Part shown: in pieces, positions 31,395-37,514 of the stretch | How positions within the stretch are numbered: the stretch's first letter is position 1 | Layout of the letters: each line of letters opens with the position of its first letter | NCBI GenBank assembly: GCA_008369845.1 | Contig: MRSU01011081.1 | Coordinates: 1 to 37,514, forward strand | Length of the DNA: 37,514 bases | Origin: Trichomonas gallinae | Taxonomy: Eukaryota | Direction of reading: 5' to 3' | Made by a program: the position numbers and the translations under genes | Notes under the pieces: model-generated | Told to the model about the DNA's origin: nothing | The model's database searches: none | Seen by the model: only the letters and a program-made list of their open reading frames with translations

Positions 31395-32888
31395 TTATTT
31401 TGAGTTTCCAACGACTAAAACCGATGGATTGCATTCTTTCAAGGCCTGTTCAAACAATGATTCCGGTGCAGCTCCGATTGTTGAAAATCTTCGACTTGAA
31501 TTCTTTGCAGATTTCTTTGGTGGCTTAGGAACATCAATATAATGAGAGATATCTGCCGTTGATTTATAGGATTTGATGCCCATTGACTTGATTACTAAAC
31601 TTTCATCCGCAGATTGTCTTTTTGCTGCAGAAATTTCTTTTCTCGTTGTTTTTCTTTTCATTGGAGCTAGTTCTTCTTTTGTTTCAGGCTTTATCTGATT
31701 CATTTTTTGCATTTGAGGAATTTTGATCTTGTTTACCTTTGAAGAGTCGTCAGAGTTGTGTCTTTTCTTTGATTCAACCTCATTTGATGAAGTCTTCTTT
31801 GGTTCTTTGTCACCTGACGATTTTCGCACAGATTTCAATTTAATTGTTTTAGCAGACTTTGATGAAGCAATTTTATTAGCTTTAAACGCACCATTTTCAT
31901 CAAACTCTGCTTGTTTTCTTTCACCAATTTTCAATCCAGTTTTCCCTTCTTCAATAAACAAACAAGCATTCTCCTGCTTATGAAGTGGTAGCGTGAAATC
32001 GAGAGAAAACATCTGTATTTCAGACTTAGAATGTATTCTAACAACACCGCATTTATTAGGTGTCTCAGGATTGTAATTTGATGATGAAAATGTCGTGATT
32101 CCATGCATATCAGCAAATAAATTACAACCATTCATCACACATTGATGTGCTCTTATCATTAATGCTAAATTATTAATCTTCAAGAATGTTATAACAGCAT
32201 CTATACTATATCTCACACCCAATCCTCTCCTACTCTCTATAAACAGTTCTTGTGAATCGATAGGATCTGACCAAAGAATATCGCTCACTATTTGATTATC
32301 TGAATACGATTCTATAGGTCTTTTGATTGACATTATATCATCAATTGAGTTAAGAACTGGAGAAATACCGCCGTGAACACAAAATATTCTGTTTGAGATT
32401 ATCGCACCTAATGGCATGAACGAGAATACATCTTGAAACATTGTCCACACGGTTTCATTTTTGTACTTTATCATTACTTCATCGTAGAAACCAAAAACAC
32501 GATTGATTACTGAAAATTCGTGATTTCCACGAATAATATGAATGTTACTAGGGTATTTTATAAGTAATGCTAAAAGTAAAGTGATCATTAGTACTGAATT
32601 AGCTCCTCTATCGACATAATCACCAAGAAAAAGATATGTTGTTTTTGAAGGATGTCCGAACAATCGAAATATGTTAAGTAAATCAGTAATATTCCCATGC
32701 ATATCTCCTACTACAACTAAAGGTGGCTCAACATTCATTAATATCGATTTGGATTTAAATGAATTTTTTGAAAGTCTGCATATGCCCTCTAAATCACTGA
32801 TGCTATATATGACTTGGTCATAGTACTCCCTTTCTCTAACAATCACAAAGTCGTCAAATGGGGCTAGAATCCTATTTACAACATCCAT
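31395..32888 (-). CDS. Ser/Thr protein phosphatase (PPP family) with basic low-complexity tail
   Basis: GDMHG, GDYVDRG, RGNHE, HGG, WSDP, RAHQ and FSSSNY; probable start MDVVN at 32888. Confidence 0.93.
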   Translation of the reverse strand: MDVVNRILAPFDDFVIVREREYYDQVIYSISDLEGICRLSKNSFKSKSILMNVEPPLVVVGDMHGNITDLLNIFRLFGHPSKTTYLFLGDYVDRGANSVLMITLLLALLIKYPSNIHIIRGNHEFSVINRVFGFYDEVMIKYKNETVWTMFQDVFSFMPLGAIISNRIFCVHGGISPVLNSIDDIMSIKRPIESYSDNQIVSDILWSDPIDSQELFIESRRGLGVRYSIDAVITFLKINNLALMIRAHQCVMNGCNLFADMHGITTFSSSNYNPETPNKCGVVRIHSKSEIQMFSLDFTLPLHKQENACLFIEEGKTGLKIGERKQAEFDENGAFKANKIASSKSAKTIKLKSVRKSSGDKEPKKTSSNEVESKKRHNSDDSSKVNKIKIPQMQKMNQIKPETKEELAPMKRKTTRKEISAAKRQSADESLVIKSMGIKSYKSTADISHYIDVPKPPKKSAKNSSRRFSTIGAAPESLFEQALKECNPSVLVVGNSK

Positions 32889-33390
32889 TACAAAATTACA
32901 TTTTACGGGTGCGAAAGCATGTCGAAAGTTTTCGAAAATTATTATTATCATAATAAAGATTATTTTTACTTCAAAATACGATAAATTATTCTCAAAAATT
33001 GAATTGAAAATAATCGTCATATTTTTTACACGCAGAATATTTGACATTTTCTGTCGTTTTATCGGCAGTGCTGCTTAGCATCCTATAGATGTGGGATGTT
33101 TAGAAATCAGAATAATTTTAAATTTAATCTGAAGATCGCTATGAAATCTTTCAAAGCACATATTTAATCAAAATTAGTACTGGTATAGCAATATTAAACG
33201 TGTGTATTATATATTGCAAGCATTTGTTCCGAACCAGCACGGTATCTAGTTCTTGACATTTAAATATATTAAAAATAACAGCAATTCTACACTATTTATC
33301 GCCCTCATTATCTCCTGATGTCATTAGCTTTCAACAAATAATTAGAGTGGGAGGACAAACATGTTTTTTCCATACCTTTTTCTTTTTTCA

Positions 33391-33707
33391 TAATATAGGG
33401 GGTTAAACCTAGACCCTAATTAATTTTTATAAAGGGATTAAACTCAGACGCCGCAAATCTTTGTAGACACACAGCTTTCTGTATGCGAAATCTTGGAGTT
33501 TGATTGCTTATGGCGTCTACAGCTTTCACACCAACTCTAGGGAGATTACATCCAGAATTTTATTTATCATTACGAGGAGATTAAACATAGACCCTAATTT
33601 ATTAATATAGGGGGTACCACATATTAATTATTAATAAGGGGGTAACATAATATAGACCCTATTTAGTTTTTATTAATAAGGGGGTGACACGTTTAAGACC
33701 CTATTTT
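33391..33707 (+). repeat. Degenerate array of (T)AGGGGGT...AGACCCTA units
   Basis: Complete or partial units near 33391, 33428, 33538, 33574, 33601, 33630 and 33672. Confidence 0.8.
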
Positions 33708-33739
33708 TGATAAAACGTATTTTTTTGCTAATTCTATAA

Positions 33740-35110
33740 ATGGCGCCACCGCGAAGAGCAGCACGTCCTATTACCCAAATTAAGAGAACGGGTGATATGG
33801 ATGTCGACTTTGTGATGTTCGAGAATGATTTTTTGCAGAATAAAATCAAAAACACAGAAGAATTAATAGAACAAAATCTTGAATTAGCCGACCAAGAAAC
33901 AGTTAAGCGAAGAAAAGCAGAAGATAAGCAGATGCAGTTCCTCGCTGATGCACAGGATGTGAGAGCTTATCTTTCTATGAAGCATAATGAAAAGAATAGG
34001 AAAAAACAATACTACGAAAAGAAATTACAGGACACAAGAGAAAGATACAAGAATCTCCTTACAGATCTTCAATCAAAATTAGATAAACTTAAACAATCAC
34101 AAGATATCGAATTAACTCAATTAACGAACAACTTAAAAGCAAACAAAGTTAGACGTGATTCTCTTGCTACGGTTGCAGCCTTAGAAAACCAGCTTAAGCG
34201 TGAAATCGCTGAAGCTGAGCAAACAATGAAGACAGAAAGTAAGCACCAAGGCATTCAAATGTCTCAAGCCCACGCAGAATACTCAGACTTGGTCGGAAGA
34301 CACGAAAAAGAACTGAAAGAAAGCGTTATGCGCGAAGAAGCGAAAAATCGATCCATGACACAAGAGAATCTCGAAAATACTGTCATCGAAATGATGATAG
34401 AAAAGGATGCCGAGAAGACCAGGCTGACAAACGAAGTTAAAAAATCACGAGCTATTGCGGAGAAAAATACAGAGTTAATGGAGAAAAACAAGCAGTTATA
34501 TATGAACAGAGATCTATTACAGAACGAATGCGACTCTTTGCAGAAGAGAATCTCAAAGAACGATGCAACAATCAGATCGTTTGTCGAAGAGCTCAAAGCA
34601 CATGACCAAAAGCTCACAATAGATGCAGAAAGCGAAGAGGTATCAGAAGAAAACGAAGAAACCCCAACAATCAAAGAATCACCAAAATCTACAAAATCTT
34701 CACCGCAATCTGAGGCTTCAAGCAGTGATCCTCGCCCAGACAGAGAGGCCCTTCTCAACAGCTTCTTTGATGACTCTGTTAACACTCTTTGCTCATCAAT
34801 TGTCAAAATTCTCCAAGTCATTGATCAGCCGCACGCAGACGAATACGTGCAGTTCCACGAAGTCTTCAACACATTCGATGGCAGGAAGAAAGAGCTCAGA
34901 TTCCTCATGTCAAAGCTCGGAAACCTCACATTCGAAAGCTCCTCGAAAGACTTGCTTCCACCGATTGGACTCGAGAACATCGAAGGCGTCGACCAAGAGT
35001 TCACGAAGAAGAACCTCATCGACCCACAGAACAAGGCAATCTTAGAGTTCGCAGGCCCAATCGGCAACGACGAATACCCAGAACTCATTGCTACACAGTT
35101 CTTCCAGTAG
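33740..35110 (+). CDS. Coiled-coil protein, CFAP157/BBOF1-like (tentative)
   Basis: Long coiled coil; DAQDVRAYL and overall layout resemble CFAP157. Confidence 0.6.
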   Translation: MAPPRRAARPITQIKRTGDMDVDFVMFENDFLQNKIKNTEELIEQNLELADQETVKRRKAEDKQMQFLADAQDVRAYLSMKHNEKNRKKQYYEKKLQDTRERYKNLLTDLQSKLDKLKQSQDIELTQLTNNLKANKVRRDSLATVAALENQLKREIAEAEQTMKTESKHQGIQMSQAHAEYSDLVGRHEKELKESVMREEAKNRSMTQENLENTVIEMMIEKDAEKTRLTNEVKKSRAIAEKNTELMEKNKQLYMNRDLLQNECDSLQKRISKNDATIRSFVEELKAHDQKLTIDAESEEVSEENEETPTIKESPKSTKSSPQSEASSSDPRPDREALLNSFFDDSVNTLCSSIVKILQVIDQPHADEYVQFHEVFNTFDGRKKELRFLMSKLGNLTFESSSKDLLPPIGLENIEGVDQEFTKKNLIDPQNKAILEFAGPIGNDEYPELIATQFFQ

Positions 35111-35352
35111 TATTTATATTTTTTGTTATTAAAGCATTTGTTTATACTTTCCGCATATACAAGATTTTATTCAACTATGAGTAGATGAATGCAAAATGAT
35201 ATTGTATTCATGATAATGAAGATAGTTCAAAATTTTCAAAAGATATAAGAATCAATTAAATTTTGGCCTTTTTGCATGATGTGATTTAAGAATATTTCTA
35301 TTTCTATCTGATTTAGCAACATCATCCATGTTTCCGTATTTCATGAAAACCA

Positions 35353-36222
35353 TTACCGCTTGTAATTTATGTCAATGCCAGGCTCTTCAACAACACTATC
35401 CTCTTCATAGTCATCTTCAGCATCAACATCAAAGAAGACTTGCTCTTTAGATGAGATAAGCGAGTCAATAGCATCGTTAATGGTGGTTTTGATAGATTCA
35501 GCCTTAGAATCATACTGGGGCTGGTCCATGTGGTCAACAATGAAGTCATCGATCGATGCGGTGACGCTTTTGACAATCTGTGAAATCTCATCACCAAACT
35601 TAAGGCGGTCAGAATGATCACGGGCTGTGCCAAGGAATGAGTTGAGGGCAGATTCTGCTTCCTTGTTATTCTCGAGATCATCAAGATCGGACTGCATGGA
35701 TGCAATGTCGTAATGAAGTAAAGCTTCCTTAGCAGCCTGCTTGTCACGAAGTGAATTGATCTCAACGGTGACACGAGCAATGGGATCTTCAAGATCACGA
35801 AGGCGGGAAATAAGTTCATCTGTGCGCGCTTTCTCAGACTCAGTCTCTGCAATGAATGACTCCTTAAGATCATTCAACTCGGATTCCTTAATCTTGACAT
35901 TTTCAAAACTGATGCTTTTATGCTTGATTTCATCGATTGAGTTATTTAGCGTGTTGTGGCAAATCATATCAATTGATTTTCATAAAAAGAGGGATATTTA
36001 AGACGTGAAACAAAGTGTTGATGTTCACCAGAATTTCTGAAATGTTGTTGCTGTATTCGCCATTTGCATGCAATTGAAAAACAAGTTGAAGCTGTCAGGT
36101 TTTAATTGTTTCGCATCAAGAATGCTGCAGAGTTCTTCTGCTTTCCTGCATTTAAAGAAGTTGTTGTCAATCATATAATCTTCTATGCTACGCGCGTTTT
36201 CTTCCCAATTTGGTGCAAACAT
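35353..36222 (-). pseudogene. Frameshifted gene (N-terminal trichomonad helical domain plus coiled coil)
   Basis: ORFs 36222-36025 and 35967-35353 are in the same frame but separated by three stops; an alternative frame HANGEYSNNISEILVNINTLFHVLNIPLFMK bridges them. Confidence 0.6.
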
Positions 36223-36545
36223 AAACACTGTGTTAATTCTCCACCGTTACTAAATCAAAACTCTCTCTTCTCTGAGTTAAACACACTGTTGTTATCATGA
36301 TGATGGAGAATAGATAATTTCACTGTTCAAATGTAAAAATTCTTCCAAAAAATTCGTGATTTAAAAAAATATTTTTCTTTTATTTTTATGTTAACATTTC
36401 ATCGAGGCACTATTGGATGTATTCGACTGACACTGTTGGGTTGTCATAAAGTTTTCATCGAATGAAGTTTGTCCGATATTTTACCACCATTTCATTAAAT
36501 AAGGGGTTTGAAAAATTTTATTGGGATTCTGTCAGTTTTCGTAGA

Positions 36546-36881
36546 ATGGAAAAAGCCAAAAAAACAAAAGAAGAGGAAAGAGAAAGATATCCAGTTAAAA
36601 TTCTTCTTCGCAAAGCTAAAGTTATCAGAAACAAAATCATGGGTATAAAGGATGATAATGATGATGTTGATTTGGATGCAATGTTTAATGATATCAAAAA
36701 AGCAAAGAAAGAAAAACTCGCTCGTGATGCTGCCCTCAAAGAAGCAATGGAGAAATCAAAGCAAAAACGCAGGTTCACCGATGATGGTCTTCCAATCTTT
36801 ACTGAAGCCGAACTGAAAATGGATAATCCAAAGGCGGGAACAACACCTTTATGTCCATTTGATTGTGACTGCTGTTTCTAA
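36546..36881 (+). CDS. DUF1764 family protein
   Basis: C-terminal RRFTDDGLPIFTEAEL...GTTPLCPFDCDCCF signature. Confidence 0.9.
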   Translation: MEKAKKTKEEERERYPVKILLRKAKVIRNKIMGIKDDNDDVDLDAMFNDIKKAKKEKLARDAALKEAMEKSKQKRRFTDDGLPIFTEAELKMDNPKAGTTPLCPFDCDCCF

Positions 36882-37104
36882 GTTATATTTTAGCTATTTG
36901 CATTTCAAAATCATGTTTCAACTCATTATTAGTCTACTTTTTAAGTAAGTCAGAGCTTAAAAAGAAGAAAATCGTACAATCCAATATGTTTGCTTTTAAA
37001 TTTTTTGTTATTTCAAATATCATGATTTTTCAACAGAACTTAGTATAAACATCAACATATCCGTAACAACCATTGCATTGATTATCTACTCATTTTTACA
37101 ATAT

Positions 37105-37231
37105 TTGTAAAATCTCAACAAAGAAATCTTCTCTTGTTAATGCGCAATGAGATGAAGCAATAACAACAGCCATCAAAGACATATGTAACATCATCATCAC
37201 GTAAAGATGAGCACTCAACATATTTCGAATC
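37105..37231 (-). pseudogene. Rho/Rac-like small GTPase C-terminal relic
   Basis: Minus strand reads KYVECSSLRDDDVTYVFD, resembling the Rho G5 region KYVECSA.....V..VFD. Confidence 0.45.
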
Positions 37232-37274
37232 TTTAAAAAATATTGATTTGTTAAAAAGCGAAAGTCAAATTTGT

Positions 37275-37514
37275 TTACTCCTCAGCGAGCATGTCGTGTT
37301 CCTTGAGGTAGTCGTAGATCTGGAGAAGACGTGTGTACTTCTGGATACGTTCTCCTCTAGCTGTGGAACCTGTCTTGATGGCCTGAGCACCGATGGCGAC
37401 AGCAAGGTCAGCGATGACGGAGTTGCATGTTTCACCGGATCTGTGGGAAACCATGACGCGGTGGCCAGCGTTGAGGATAAGGCGGGCAGCCTCCATACCC
37501 TCGGAGATTGTACC
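37275..37514 (-). CDS. ENO: Enolase, 3' portion (truncated by the window edge)
   Basis: GTISEG...VMVSHRSGET...DLAVA...IKTG...RGERIQKYTRLLQI. Confidence 0.95.
   Translation of the reverse strand, partial: GTISEGMEAARLILNAGHRVMVSHRSGETCNSVIADLAVAIGAQAIKTGSTARGERIQKYTRLLQIYDYLKEHDMLAEE

Noticed and set aside
30426..33047. Extended N-termini given by the ORF track (also at 13693, 20619, 21268, 29250, 36462)
   Set aside because: The extensions run through AT-rich promoter DNA or use non-ATG starts; downstream ATGs fit Inr position and family length.
36228..36286. Intron-like GT...ATTAACACAG on the minus strand
   Set aside because: It deviates from the trichomonad ACTAACACACAG branch/3' site and from the 5' consensus, and removing it does not restore a frame with an upstream ATG.

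Overview
AT-rich eukaryotic genomic DNA, most likely from Trichomonas vaginalis or a close parabasalid. The evidence is compact intronless genes, TCA(C/T)TTTT initiator elements about 10-20 nt before ATGs, AAAGTGAC promoter motifs, a trichomonad-type enolase and expanded Myb/Ubl/F5-8 families. About 20 protein genes are present: cathepsin D-like aspartic protease, F5/8-type-C-like protein, two Myb proteins, a Sin3-like ORF with an early in-frame TAA, Ski3/TTC37-like TPR protein, SCAMP, an 886-aa hypothetical, transketolase, Tfb5, a ubiquitin-like protein, PQ-loop transporter, ERD2, HAD hydrolase, PPP phosphatase, CFAP157-like coiled-coil protein, DUF1764 protein and the 3' end of enolase. Intergenic DNA holds several decayed gene fragments (ABC transporter, Rho-like GTPase, possible BspA and GNAT). 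The most interesting signal is non-coding. An 11-bp motif, TTTAYNTGNCA, clusters upstream of several unrelated genes and forms an 8-copy, ~20.5-bp-phased array in front of TFB5. A separate GGGGGT...AGACCCTA array lies upstream of the CFAP157-like gene. No tRNA, rRNA, CRISPR array, intact transposon or canonical intron was recognised. All family assignments are from motif recognition by eye, not database searches.
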